In this document: in pieces, positions 10,537 to 20,755 of the stretch
Layout of the letters: every line of letters begins with the position of its first letter
Position numbering within the stretch: the first letter of the stretch is position 1
DNA from: Patescibacteria group bacterium
GTDB lineage: Bacteria; Patescibacteriota; Minisyncoccia; UBA6257; JAAZHW01
NCBI GenBank assembly: GCA_026415775.1
Contig: JAOAGL010000001.1
Span: 206,233-270,232, forward strand
Direction of reading: 5' to 3'
Length of the DNA: 64,000 nt
The notes under the pieces: model-generated
What the model was told of the DNA's origin: nothing
The model's input: the letters and a program-made list of their open reading frames with translations, nothing else
The model's database searches: none
Made by a program: the position numbers and the translations under genes

Positions 10537-11793
10537 ATGTTTGATTTAAAAGATTTCTCTTTGGCTATTAATCAAATCGCTGAAGAAAAAGGTATTAGCA
10601 AGGATAAGATTTTAGAGGCAATTGAACAAGCCATTGCTGCCGCATATAAAAAGGAATATATGAATAAAAGCAATATCGTGCGAGCGAAAATTGACCCGGA
10701 AACTGGTGAGGTAAAATTTTGGCAGGTAAAAATTGTTGTTGAAAAAAGTATGCTAAAAGAAGAAGACGAAGAAGGGGATAAGGCGGAAAAAGACGAGGTT
10801 TCCCAATTAACGGCTGTAGAGCAACAAATTAAAAATGGTGATGTGGTGAAAAAAATAAAATTTAATCCGGAACGTCACATTCTTTTGGAAGAGGCACAAG
10901 AGATAAAACCGGAAGCGAAGCCCGGAGAGGAAATTATTTTCCCCTTGGAAGCCCATGAAGAATTTGGTCGTATTGCTGCACAAACGGCAAAACAAGTTAT
11001 TTTACAAAGGTTGCGTGAAGCAGAAAAACAAGCAGTTTTGGATGAGTTTAAAAACAAGGAAGGAGAATTGGTAAGCGGGATTATTCAAAGAGTGGAAAAT
11101 AGAAATGTTTATGTGAATTTAGGACGCGTTGATGGGGTGATGTTTTATAATGAGGCAATTCCTAATGAGCGATATCGAATCGGCGAAAGAATGAAATTTT
11201 ATTTGTTGGCAGTTCAAGAAAATACAAAGGGTCCCATGATTATTTTATCGCGTAGTCATCCAAAATTTATTTCGAAACTGTTTGAAATGGAAGTGCCGGA
11301 AATTGCTTCTGGTGTAGTGAAAATTATGGCTATTGCTCGCGAGGCCGGCTTCCGCAGTAAAGTGGCTGTTCATTCAACTGTGGCAGGTGTTGATCCGATC
11401 GGTTCCTGTGTAGGTCAAAAAGGAACAAGAATCATGGCTGTTTTAAATGAATTAGGACAAGAAAAAATCGATATTATTAAATGGTCGGAAGATGCTGAAG
11501 AATTTGTAGCTCAAGCTTTATCACCGGCTAAGGTTTCGCGGGTAGAAACACATCAAAGACGAGAAATGCGAGTTTTTGTACCTGAGGATCAGTTGTCTTT
11601 GGCTATTGGTAAAGGAGGGCAAAATGTGCGATTAGCCGCCAAATTAACAGGTTGGAAAATAGACGTACGAAGTGAAGCGGCGCCGGATCAAATTGTTGAG
11701 GATGGTGTAGCCGAAGCAATAGAGGAGGTTGTTGATAATGGAGATGTTGATGCGGAGCAAGTCGATAAAAAACAAGAGAAAGAAGATAAATAA
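10537..11793 (+). CDS. nusA: Transcription factor NusA
   Basis: FGRIAAQTAKQV, AREAGFRSKVAV, LSLAIGKGGQNVRLAAKLTGWKIDV. Confidence 0.98.
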   Translation: MFDLKDFSLAINQIAEEKGISKDKILEAIEQAIAAAYKKEYMNKSNIVRAKIDPETGEVKFWQVKIVVEKSMLKEEDEEGDKAEKDEVSQLTAVEQQIKNGDVVKKIKFNPERHILLEEAQEIKPEAKPGEEIIFPLEAHEEFGRIAAQTAKQVILQRLREAEKQAVLDEFKNKEGELVSGIIQRVENRNVYVNLGRVDGVMFYNEAIPNERYRIGERMKFYLLAVQENTKGPMIILSRSHPKFISKLFEMEVPEIASGVVKIMAIAREAGFRSKVAVHSTVAGVDPIGSCVGQKGTRIMAVLNELGQEKIDIIKWSEDAEEFVAQALSPAKVSRVETHQRREMRVFVPEDQLSLAIGKGGQNVRLAAKLTGWKIDVRSEAAPDQIVEDGVAEAIEEVVDNGDVDAEQVDKKQEKEDK

Positions 11794-11795
11794 TC

Positions 11796-13085
11796 ATGAA
11801 TCACAAAATTTCTTATTTACCAAAATCACAGATTGAATTGGAAGTAGTTTTGTCGCCAGAAGAAATGGAGAATTTTTGGAAATTGGCAAAAGATAAGGTT
11901 CTAAAAGATGTTAATTTAAATGGTTTTCGGAAGGGGAATATTCCTGAGGAATTAATTAAAAATACTGATTTGGAGGAGAAAATTTTTGATGAAGCCGCTA
12001 ATTTAGCATTTCGAAAAAGTTTAGCCGACGTAGTGAACGAGTTAGATTTAGAATTAATTGGTCAGCCAGAAGTTAATATCAAAAAAATTGCTCCTCAAAA
12101 CGAATTTATTTATATTTTAAAAAGCGCTATTTTGCCGAAACCAAAATTAGGCGATTATAAAACAATCAGTCGAGATGTTTTTAAACAAAAAAAGGTTTTA
12201 GATGTTTCAGATAAAGAAATTGATGATGCTATTGATTGGTTGCAAAAATCTCGAGCTAAAGTTGTTGAAGTTAATCGGCCAGCCCACAAAGATGATGTTG
12301 TTGAAATAGAGGCCAAATGTTTTATTAATGGGGAGGCGATAAAAGATTTTCCAGAGAACGATCGTTTTATTTTGGGTCAAGGCAAATATCCAGCGGGCTT
12401 TGAAGAACAATTAGAGGGCTTGTCAAAAAATGATGAGAAAAAAATTTCAATTCAAACCCCAGCTGATTATTGGAAAGAAAATTTAAGAAATAAACAGTTA
12501 AATTTTGAAGTTAAAATAAAAAGTGTAAATGAAAGGCAATTACCAGAATTAAACGATGAATGGGCTAAAAGTCTAGGAAATTTCAATGGTTTAGATGAAT
12601 TAAAGAATTCCATTAAAGAAGGCATTTTAATGGAGAAAGATTTAAAAGAAAGAGAGCGATTAAGAATATTATTGCTGGAAAAATTAATTGAAAAAGCCGA
12701 GATTGAACTGCCAGATATTTTAGTTGATGGCGAAACAGAAAATCAATTTCATTCGCTAAGACATTTTATTGAGGATCAAGGAATGAGCTTTGAAGAATAT
12801 TTGCGAAAGATTAATAAAAAAGAAGAAGAATTAAAAAAAGAATTGAGAAAAGAGTCCGAGAAAACATTAAAAGGATTTATTGTTTTAAGAACAATTGCCA
12901 AACTAGAAAATTGTGAACCATCTCCAGAAGAGATAAATCAAGCTACTAATGAGATTTTAAACCAAAAAGCAATGGAGGGGGTGGATGTAAATCAAATTGA
13001 CAGGGCGGCGCTTATGGAATATACTAAAGAAAGATTAACCAATGAAAAAGTTTTTCAATTTTTAGAAAATCAAGTCAATAACTAA
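11796..13085 (+). CDS. tig: Trigger factor
   Basis: GFRKG ribosome-binding motif, FKBP-like GFEEQL; upstream of clpP. Confidence 0.95.
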   Translation: MNHKISYLPKSQIELEVVLSPEEMENFWKLAKDKVLKDVNLNGFRKGNIPEELIKNTDLEEKIFDEAANLAFRKSLADVVNELDLELIGQPEVNIKKIAPQNEFIYILKSAILPKPKLGDYKTISRDVFKQKKVLDVSDKEIDDAIDWLQKSRAKVVEVNRPAHKDDVVEIEAKCFINGEAIKDFPENDRFILGQGKYPAGFEEQLEGLSKNDEKKISIQTPADYWKENLRNKQLNFEVKIKSVNERQLPELNDEWAKSLGNFNGLDELKNSIKEGILMEKDLKERERLRILLLEKLIEKAEIELPDILVDGETENQFHSLRHFIEDQGMSFEEYLRKINKKEEELKKELRKESEKTLKGFIVLRTIAKLENCEPSPEEINQATNEILNQKAMEGVDVNQIDRAALMEYTKERLTNEKVFQFLENQVNN

Positions 13086-13098
13086 TAAAAAATAAACC

Positions 13099-13710
13099 AT
13101 GGAAGAAGAATATTTTAATTTAATACCAACCGTTATTGAAAAATCGCAATTTGGTGAACGCGCTTATGATATCTATTCGCGTTTATTGAAAGAGCGTATC
13201 ATTTTTTTAGGTGGACCAATTAATGATGCCGTAGCTAATAGTATCATTGCTCAGCTTTTATTTTTGGAACATGAAGATCCAAAAAAAGACATCCAGTTTT
13301 ATATTAATAGTCCCGGCGGAATTGTGACTTCAGCATTAGCTATTTATGATACAATGCAATATGTTAAGCCCGATGTTTCAACAATTTGTTTGGGACAGGC
13401 AGCTTCAGCGGCAGCAGTATTATTAGCGGCTGGGACGAAGGGTAAAAGATTTGCCTTGCCCAATGCTGAAATTTTATTGCATCAAGTCATGGGCGGAGCA
13501 GAGGGACAAGCGGTTGAAATAGAGATTACAGCTAAGCAGATTTTAAAGATTAAAAATAAAGTTAATGAAATTTTATCTAAACACACTGGGCAGCCATTGG
13601 AAAAAATAGAAAAAGATACGGACAGGGATTTTTATTTGAGCGCTCCTGATGCCAAAGAATATGGCTTAATTGATGGGATTGTCCAGAATACAAAAAAGAG
13701 ACCCAAGTAA
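13099..13710 (+). CDS. clpP: ATP-dependent Clp protease proteolytic subunit
   Basis: [34 protein letters not shown]. Confidence 0.98.
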   Translation: MEEEYFNLIPTVIEKSQFGERAYDIYSRLLKERIIFLGGPINDAVANSIIAQLLFLEHEDPKKDIQFYINSPGGIVTSALAIYDTMQYVKPDVSTICLGQAASAAAVLLAAGTKGKRFALPNAEILLHQVMGGAEGQAVEIEITAKQILKIKNKVNEILSKHTGQPLEKIEKDTDRDFYLSAPDAKEYGLIDGIVQNTKKRPK

Positions 13711-13724
13711 AAATATGTAAATTA

Positions 13725-13762
13725 AATATCAAAAAGCAGCCATTCGGCTGCTTTTTGATATT
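13725..13762. terminator. Bidirectional terminator (clpP / tRNA-Leu)
   Basis: aatatcaaaaagcagcc-attc-ggctgctttttgatatt. Confidence 0.85.
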
Positions 13763-13770
13763 GTTATTAG

Positions 13771-13853
13771 TGCCCAGGGCGGGATTCGAACCCGCACGGC
13801 CAAAAGGCCCACGCCCCTCAAACGTGTGTGTATACCAATTCCACCACCTGGGC
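13771..13853 (-). tRNA. tRNA-Leu(GAG)
   Basis: Reverse complement GCCCAGG...CACGT-TT-GAG-GG-GCGTG, long variable arm, GTTCGAATC, CCTGGGCA. Confidence 0.93.
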
Positions 13854-13940
13854 AGATAAATAACTTTAAAAATTATAAGAAATTTTCAAAAATTTTCAAC
13901 TCGCTTATTTAAAATTTTTATTTTATAATTTAATTGAATC

Positions 13941-15263
13941 ATGTCCGAAACAAATCAAAAGCAGGCATTGGCATGGATTGTTGGTGTAAGTATGGGTTAT
14001 GGCCACCAAAGAACAGCTTATGCTTTGAAAGAATTTTCGCCTGATAAAAAATTTATCAATGCCAATGATTATTCAGATATTCCCAAAAAAGATAGAAGTA
14101 TTTGGGAAGGTTCGCGCCGTTTTTACGAGTTTATTTCTAATTTTTATAACTTACCTTTAATTGGTAAAATCGGCTTTTCCATTTTCGATTATTTTCAAAG
14201 AATCCCCCAGTTTTATCCCAAAAGGAATATTTCAAAAGCTGATTTTGTTTTAAGGCATATTTATTATTTGATTAAGAATGGATGGGGAAAGCATTTAATA
14301 GAAAAATTGAATAATGAGAACAAAAAAATTGGCAAAAAGATTCCTTTGATTTCTACTTTTTTTACGCCAGCTTTTATGGCTGAAGAACATAATTATCAAG
14401 GAGAGATTTTTTGTGTTGTTTGCGATAGCGATATTTCGCGCACTTGGGCGCCATTGATTCCTTCGCAAAGTCGTATTAAATATTTTGCGCCGACGGAGCG
14501 AGTGGTAGAAAGATTAAAATTGTATGGCGTTAAGAATGATAATATTTTTTTGACGGGATATCCTTTGCCAATTGAAAATATCGGCCACAAAAATCCAGAT
14601 GTTTTAAAAGAAGATATGAAAAATAGAATTTTTAATTTGGATCCTCAGAAAAAATATATTTCAAAATACCAGCGTCTGATAGAAACTGAATTAGGATTGA
14701 TTCCTCAACGAAGCAATCATTTATTAAGTTTGATGTTTGCCATTGGTGGAGCTGGCGCACAAAAAGAAATAGCCATAGATATTGTTAAGGGACTTAAAGC
14801 TGAAATTCTAAATAATAAAATAAAAATTTTAATTTCTGTCGGCGTAAAACCAATTGTCAAAGATTTTATTGAGAAAAAAATCAGAAAGCTTCAATTGTAT
14901 CAGAATCAAAATATTGAAATAATTAGCGGTGTTAATTTATACGATTATTTTAATAATTTTAATCAAGCTTTAAGGAAAACGGATATTTTATGGACAAAAC
15001 CAAGCGAATTATCCTTTTATACCGCCCTCGGATTGCCAATTATTCTTGCTCCTACTATTGGATCGCAAGAAGATTTTAATCGTGATTGGCTTCTAAAATT
15101 AGGCTCAGCGCTTCCTCAGGAAAATGTGAAATATATTAATCAATGGTTTTTTGATTATTTGAATGAAGGATTTTTTGCTGAGGCGGCAATGCAAGGGTTT
15201 GTTGAGGGCAATAAAATGGGCGTTATTAATATTAAAAAAATTATTGAATTATGTTGTGGTTGA
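13941..15263 (+). CDS. Putative GT-B glycosyltransferase-like protein (MGDG-synthase/MurG-like)
   Basis: VSMGYGHQR, LTGYPL, DILWTKPSE, PTIGSQEDFN. Confidence 0.6.
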   Translation: MSETNQKQALAWIVGVSMGYGHQRTAYALKEFSPDKKFINANDYSDIPKKDRSIWEGSRRFYEFISNFYNLPLIGKIGFSIFDYFQRIPQFYPKRNISKADFVLRHIYYLIKNGWGKHLIEKLNNENKKIGKKIPLISTFFTPAFMAEEHNYQGEIFCVVCDSDISRTWAPLIPSQSRIKYFAPTERVVERLKLYGVKNDNIFLTGYPLPIENIGHKNPDVLKEDMKNRIFNLDPQKKYISKYQRLIETELGLIPQRSNHLLSLMFAIGGAGAQKEIAIDIVKGLKAEILNNKIKILISVGVKPIVKDFIEKKIRKLQLYQNQNIEIISGVNLYDYFNNFNQALRKTDILWTKPSELSFYTALGLPIILAPTIGSQEDFNRDWLLKLGSALPQENVKYINQWFFDYLNEGFFAEAAMQGFVEGNKMGVINIKKIIELCCG

Positions 15264-16168
15264 TTATTACTCTTATTTCTTATTTTCTTTTGGCAGCTGT
15301 TTATTTGGTTGATAAACATCTTTTGACTGCTACCGTTTTAAAGCCGCGTGTATACACTTTTTATGTTGGTATTTTAGCAATGATTATTGCACTTGTTATA
15401 CCATTTATCCACTTTTATATTCCGCCAATAAATCAATTGCTATTAAGTTTGTTAACCGGCTTTATTTTTTCTTATTGCTTGCTTTGGTTTTATAAAGGTT
15501 TGAGTATTTTTGAGGCTTCGCGTATAATTCCTGCAATAGGTGCTCTTGAGCCGATCCTAACATTTATTTTGATTTTTGTTATTTCTTTTGGCAAAGAGAA
15601 GATGAGCTATATTGATTTAATCGCTTTTCTTTTATTAATAATCGGCACTATTCTAATTACCCAAGAAAGAAGAACAAAAATTAATTGGCTAAGTTTAAAA
15701 TACGCCTTTATTATTGCGTTTTTGTTTTCTATTTTTTTGGTTTTTTCAAAACAGGTATATCTCAATCAGCCATTTCTTAATGGTTTAATTTGGATAAAGA
15801 TAGGAGGCTTTTTGTTTTCAGTGATTTTGTTTGTTTTATATCCTGAGGTTCGCCAAAGTATTTCTTTTAAAATACAGAGCGAAAAAGTTTCTCCGCGAAC
15901 ACTTTTTATTTTTATTGGTAATCAAATTGTAGGTGGGGGAGCGGGATTTTTACAAAATTGGGCCATTGCTTTATCGCCAATAATTTATGTCCCGATGATT
16001 ACTGCCTTGCAGGGTGTGCAGTATGTTTTTCTCCTTCTTCTTATAGTCCTTCTGTCATTAAAGTTCCCTAAAATTCTCTATGAAGAAGTTAGCCGTCAGG
16101 TTCTTTTTCAAAAGATTATCGCTACAATTATAATTGGTATAGGTATTGCGATTTTGGCTTTTAAATAA
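15251..16168 (+). CDS. DMT/EamA-like membrane transporter
   Basis: About 10 hydrophobic segments in two repeats; EASRIIP. Confidence 0.7.
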   Translation: MLWLIITLISYFLLAAVYLVDKHLLTATVLKPRVYTFYVGILAMIIALVIPFIHFYIPPINQLLLSLLTGFIFSYCLLWFYKGLSIFEASRIIPAIGALEPILTFILIFVISFGKEKMSYIDLIAFLLLIIGTILITQERRTKINWLSLKYAFIIAFLFSIFLVFSKQVYLNQPFLNGLIWIKIGGFLFSVILFVLYPEVRQSISFKIQSEKVSPRTLFIFIGNQIVGGGAGFLQNWAIALSPIIYVPMITALQGVQYVFLLLLIVLLSLKFPKILYEEVSRQVLFQKIIATIIIGIGIAILAFK

Positions 16169-16169
16169 A

Positions 16170-17198
16170 ATGAAATCAATTTTTCTTTTTTTAATTATTG
16201 TAATTCTTGTTTTGGTAATTGTTTTAATTTGGAGCAAATTTTTTATTCCCGACACCATTGTTTCTAAAATAAAATGGGGCGTTAGTTTTTCTCAAAAACA
16301 AAGCGAGGCATTAGGATTAGATTGGCGAGAGAATTATTTAGCCATCCTTAATGATCTCAAAGTAAAATTTTTACGTATCTCGGTTCATTGGGATTTAATA
16401 GAACCCATTGAAAATCAATATGATTTTTCGGATTTAGATTGGCAAATAAATAAGGCTAGAGAGGCAGGGGCGCAGATAATTTTGGCTATCGGAATGAAAA
16501 CACCTCGTTGGCCAGAATGCCATTTACCTGATTGGGCGAATAATTTATCTCCAGAAAAACAACAAGAGAGAGTAAATAATTTAATCAGAGAAATTGTTTT
16601 ACGATATAAAGATGAAGAAACAATTGTGGCCTGGCAAATTGAAAATGAACCATTTTTTCCTTTTGGCGAATGCCCAAAAAGAAAAAAGGGTTTTTTGAAC
16701 GAGGAAATAAAAATTGTTAAATCATTGGATAATCGAAAAATAATAACAACCGATAGCGGCGAATGGTCTTTTTGGATTAAAACAGCTAAAAGAGGAGATG
16801 TTTTTGGTATTAGTTTATATCGCCGAGTTTGGTCAACAACTTTTTCTTTCTTGCATAAGATATTTCCATTTATTCCAGATGGATTTTATTTAACCTATCC
16901 TTTCCCGCCAGAATTTTATAGTATACGTGTTAAAATTTTAGAAAAACTTTTGAATAAAAAAGTAATTGTTGCTGAATTGCAGGCAGAACCGTGGAACCCA
17001 GTTGCCACATCAGTTTCTTTGCAAGAAGAGCAGAAGAAAACAATGGATTTAGAAAAATTTAAAGAAATGATAAATTTTGCTCAAAAAACAGGTTTGGATG
17101 AATTTTATTTGTGGGGGGCTGAATGGTGGTATTGGTTAAAAACAAAACAAAATAACCTCCTCTTTTGGGAGGAGGCTAAAAAACTTTTTATTAATTAA
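16170..17198 (+). CDS. Membrane-anchored clan GH-A glycoside hydrolase (GH42/GH5-like)
   Basis: N-terminal TM; WDLIEP..YDFSDLDW, WQIENEP (acid/base), VAELQAEPW (nucleophile). Confidence 0.75.
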   Translation: MKSIFLFLIIVILVLVIVLIWSKFFIPDTIVSKIKWGVSFSQKQSEALGLDWRENYLAILNDLKVKFLRISVHWDLIEPIENQYDFSDLDWQINKAREAGAQIILAIGMKTPRWPECHLPDWANNLSPEKQQERVNNLIREIVLRYKDEETIVAWQIENEPFFPFGECPKRKKGFLNEEIKIVKSLDNRKIITTDSGEWSFWIKTAKRGDVFGISLYRRVWSTTFSFLHKIFPFIPDGFYLTYPFPPEFYSIRVKILEKLLNKKVIVAELQAEPWNPVATSVSLQEEQKKTMDLEKFKEMINFAQKTGLDEFYLWGAEWWYWLKTKQNNLLFWEEAKKLFIN

Positions 17199-17205
17199 TT
17201 TTGGT

Positions 17206-17652
17206 TTATTTTTCAGGCTCTTTTATATCTTGTTCGGCTTTTTCATTGTTGTTTACGATAGCATTTTCGGTGGTTAGAGTTTCTTGTTCGGTCACGACGC
17301 TTTCAAAAACAGACAATTTTTTACGAATTTTAGTAGGCGAAAGATGACGCAAAAAATATAATTTTGCCCTTCTAACGCGTGGCGTTTTAATAATTTCAAT
17401 CTTTTCAATCATTGGTGAATGTAGAGGCCAAGTTTTTTCTACTCCGATACCATCAACAACTTTTCTCACAGTAAAGGTGGCGTTGATGCCCTTTCCGTGT
17501 TTTTTTGCTAACACAATTCCTTCGAAAATCTGAATTCTTTCTCTATCTTTTTCTTTTACTTTTTCATGGACGCGAACATGCATCCCAGCTTTAATTTCTG
17601 GAATATTTTTTAATTGATCTTTGGTTACTTCTTGGATTAACAAAGCATTCAT
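17206..17652 (-). CDS. rplS: 50S ribosomal protein L19
   Basis: RIQIFEGIV, FTVRKV..GIGVEK, VRRAKLYFLR. Confidence 0.97.
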   Translation of the reverse strand: MNALLIQEVTKDQLKNIPEIKAGMHVRVHEKVKEKDRERIQIFEGIVLAKKHGKGINATFTVRKVVDGIGVEKTWPLHSPMIEKIEIIKTPRVRRAKLYFLRHLSPTKIRKKLSVFESVVTEQETLTTENAIVNNNEKAEQDIKEPEK

Positions 17653-17696
17653 ATGAACTTTAGTATATAAAAATATAAATTAAAATCAAGAGAGAT

Positions 17697-18794
17697 TTAA
17701 ATTTTATAATAAATTATATCTCCATCCCGAACAACATAATCGCGGCCTTCAATTTTTAGCTTACCAGCTTCGCGACACTTTGCCCATGAACCTAATTCAA
17801 CAAAGTCTTTCCAATAGACAGTTTCGGCTTTAATGAATTTTTCTTGAAAATCTTTATGTATTAATCCTGCTGCTTCCCAAGCAGTTGACCCATTTCTTAA
17901 AGGCCAAGCACGCGTTTCTTCTGGGCCAGTGGTTGTGAAAAAGGTAATAAGATTTAGAATTTGATAACCGCGCCTTATCAAATCATCCAAATTATTTAAA
18001 TAGGGAATTCTTTTTAAACCCAATTCCTCGGCCTCTTGAGTTGTGAGATTGGCTAAATCCAACTCTTTGGCTAAATCAATTGCTAATATATCTTCGGTTT
18101 TTAATTGATTATTAGTTTGTTTTAATATTTCTTCTTGAATTTTTTGAATTTCATTTTCAGAAATAGATTCATCAACATTTAATACAAGTAGAAGCGGTTT
18201 AGCTGTTAAAAAGTTAAATTCTTTTATAAGTGCTAAATCGTTTTCGGTTAACGGATAAGAGGAAATCCATTTATTATCTTGCAAGTGTTTTTCTAATTTT
18301 TTGATTAATTCAAATTTTGCCATTGCTTCTTTGTCATGGCGTTTAATATCTCCTTCTAATTTGGTAAAAATTCTTCCTAGAGTTTCTAAATCTGCCAAAA
18401 CTAATTCTGTTGAAATTATTTCTAAATCTCTTAAAGGATTAACATCTCTTTCAACATGGGGAACGTTTTCAGCGGTAAATAATCGAATAATTTCAACGAT
18501 AGCGGTAACTTCACGAATGTGGGCAAGGAATTGGTTGCCCAAGCCCAATCCTTGGGCCGCTCCTTTGACTAATCCAGCAATATCCACAAATTTAACTGTT
18601 GCTGGAATAATTTTTTCCGATTTTTGAATAGCGGCAATTTTATCTAATCTTTCATCTTTTACCGGCGCAAGGCCGATATTGGGATCAATTGTTGTAAAAG
18701 GAAAATTAGCAATACCCACTTGTTTTTTGGTGATTGCTTGAAAGAGGGTTGATTTTCCAATATTGGGTAAGCCAACAATTCCTAGAGAAAGCAT
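17697..18794 (-). CDS. ychF: Redox-regulated ATPase YchF
   Basis: GIVGLPNIGKST, FVDIAGLVKGA, GLGNQFL, EGRDYVVRDGD; start ATG 18794. Confidence 0.97.
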   Translation of the reverse strand: MLSLGIVGLPNIGKSTLFQAITKKQVGIANFPFTTIDPNIGLAPVKDERLDKIAAIQKSEKIIPATVKFVDIAGLVKGAAQGLGLGNQFLAHIREVTAIVEIIRLFTAENVPHVERDVNPLRDLEIISTELVLADLETLGRIFTKLEGDIKRHDKEAMAKFELIKKLEKHLQDNKWISSYPLTENDLALIKEFNFLTAKPLLLVLNVDESISENEIQKIQEEILKQTNNQLKTEDILAIDLAKELDLANLTTQEAEELGLKRIPYLNNLDDLIRRGYQILNLITFFTTTGPEETRAWPLRNGSTAWEAAGLIHKDFQEKFIKAETVYWKDFVELGSWAKCREAGKLKIEGRDYVVRDGDIIYYKI

Positions 18795-18837
18795 ATTTTT
18801 TGCTTTTATCGCAATTTTATTATAAACTATAATTATC

Positions 18838-20157
18838 GTGGATACAATTAAAGAAAAAATTTTACTTACATATGATATTAGAGGAATTTTTCCTAAAGAC
18901 ATTAATGCTGATGTGGCTTGGCGTTTAGGATATTTTTTGCCCCGGTTTTTAAATTCAACTAAAAAAAAATTAAAAATTATTATTGGCCGAGATTCAAAAC
19001 CGAGCGGTTTAGTTCTTGTTAAAAATTTGTCTCAAGGTTTGATTCAAAATAATGTTGAGGTAGTTGATGCTGGTATTATTACAACGCCGATGCTTTATTA
19101 TCTGATTAAAAATAAAAAGTTTGATTTGGGAATTATTATTACTGGTTCACATTTAGGGAAGAATTATACTGGTTTTAAAATTTATAATTATAACCTAGAA
19201 GCTATTACTGGGGAATCAATAAAAAAGAATCTCAATTTTTTTAATCGGCCAATAACCATTGGTTTAAATAAGGGTAGAGTTATTAGAAAAAACTTTATTA
19301 CTGATTACGTAAATTTTCTTTTGCAAAAAACTAGCATCAAAAATATTATTTTCAAAATTCAAAATAAAAAAATTTTAGTCTGTTGTCCTAAAAGCACACA
19401 GTTAATTTTGGAGAAAATAAAGAAAGAGTTGCGTTTAAACATCCAATTTATTCACCGACCCATTAGCAAAAGATTAATTCAAAATAGAAAAAATGATTTA
19501 ATGGTTCAATTCGATAACGACGGCGACCGCATCTATCTTTTTGATAAAACGGGCGAGCTTATTTTGGGTGATATTGTCGGAATATTTTTATTAGAAACAG
19601 TTAAAAACCAAAAACCAAAAAAAATTATTTTGGATTGTCGCTCTTGCGAAGTATTGGCGGAGCGTGCTAAAAAATATGGTTTTCAAGTGTATTTTTCGCC
19701 AGCTGGTCACAGTTATTTTAAATACGCTATGCGTAAATATAATGCTATATTGGGCATTGAGAAGTCGGGTCATTATTATTGGAAGACATTTTTCTTTGCT
19801 GATTCAGGCCTTTTTTCTTTTTTAATGCTTCTAAAATTTTTTGCTCAGCAAAAAGAATCTTTGGAAAATTTAGTAAAGAAACATCACTCAAAAACTATTG
19901 TTTTGCCAGAGATTAATTTTCGTTTAAAAAAATCTGAACACAGGGAATTAATTTTTAAAACAATAGAGAAATATTTTGAAAAAAGGGGTAAAATTTCAAA
20001 AATTGATGGATTAACGGTTTGGGGTAAAGACTTTCATTTTAATTTGCGCTTTTCTCAGACCGAACCAATGATTTTGCGTTTGAATATAGAAGCTAGAGAT
20101 GAAAAAATTTTAAATGAGATTTTAGATTTAATAAAGAAAACAATTAAACAATCATGA
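18838..20157 (+). CDS. Phosphomannomutase/phosphoglucomutase family (divergent)
   Basis: YDIRG, TGSH phosphoserine loop, FDNDGDR, GIEKSGH, RFSQTEP. Confidence 0.85.
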   Translation: MDTIKEKILLTYDIRGIFPKDINADVAWRLGYFLPRFLNSTKKKLKIIIGRDSKPSGLVLVKNLSQGLIQNNVEVVDAGIITTPMLYYLIKNKKFDLGIIITGSHLGKNYTGFKIYNYNLEAITGESIKKNLNFFNRPITIGLNKGRVIRKNFITDYVNFLLQKTSIKNIIFKIQNKKILVCCPKSTQLILEKIKKELRLNIQFIHRPISKRLIQNRKNDLMVQFDNDGDRIYLFDKTGELILGDIVGIFLLETVKNQKPKKIILDCRSCEVLAERAKKYGFQVYFSPAGHSYFKYAMRKYNAILGIEKSGHYYWKTFFFADSGLFSFLMLLKFFAQQKESLENLVKKHHSKTIVLPEINFRLKKSEHRELIFKTIEKYFEKRGKISKIDGLTVWGKDFHFNLRFSQTEPMILRLNIEARDEKILNEILDLIKKTIKQS

Positions 20158-20504
20158 GTTCTTATCGTTTGGCCCAAGTTAATAATTTAATCAAAGAGGT
20201 TTTTTCGGAGATTCTTAAAAAAGAGTTAAATTTAACGCCCGGATTTTTAGTTACAATTACTAAAGTTAATGTTTCAAAAGATTTGTCGCAGGCCCAAATT
20301 TTTATAAGTGTTTATCCGAGCGCCACAAAAGAGATAAAAAATTTTTTTGAAAAAAATATTTATCAGCTTCAACAGATGTTGAATAAAAAATTAAAAATGC
20401 ACCCCGTGCCCAAATTAATCATTCACTATGATTTATCAGAAGAAAAAGCGGCAGAAATAGAGGAAGTATTAAATAAAATTAAAAACGAAGAAAAGAATTC
20501 TTGA
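20154..20504 (+). CDS. rbfA: Ribosome-binding factor A
   Basis: VTITKVNVSKDLSQAQIFIS, VPKLIIHYDLS. Confidence 0.9.
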   Translation: MSSYRLAQVNNLIKEVFSEILKKELNLTPGFLVTITKVNVSKDLSQAQIFISVYPSATKEIKNFFEKNIYQLQQMLNKKLKMHPVPKLIIHYDLSEEKAAEIEEVLNKIKNEEKNS

Positions 20505-20550
20505 TTTTTTGAAAATTATTTTATATTTTTATAAAAGATGTTTTAAAGAG

Positions 20551-20622
20551 GGCCTGGTAGCCAAGTGGTAAGGCAACGGTCTGCAAAACCGTTACACGTG
20601 GGTTCGATTCCCACCCAGGCCT
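20551..20622 (+). tRNA. tRNA-Cys(GCA)
   Basis: GGCCTGG/CCAGGCC acceptor, ACGGT-CT-GCA-AA-ACCGT, U73. Confidence 0.95.
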
Positions 20623-20640
20623 CTTAACAATTTGGAATGC

Positions 20641-20729
20641 GCCCGGGTGGCGGAATTGGCAGACGCGTTGGACTCAAAATCCAATGACCCTCACCGGTCG
20701 TGAGAGTTCGAGTCTCTCCCCGGGCACCA
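20641..20729 (+). tRNA. tRNA-Leu(CAA)
   Basis: GCCCGGG/CCCGGGC-ACCA, TTGGA-CT-CAA-AA-TCCAA, long variable arm. Confidence 0.95.
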
Positions 20730-20755
20730 AAAATTTTTCTGTTATAATTTATTTA

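Noticed and set aside
20684-20755. ORF-track N-terminal extension of yvcK (likewise 49419-49526 for gtrA)
   Set aside because: The extensions overlap tRNA genes; downstream ATGs are the plausible starts
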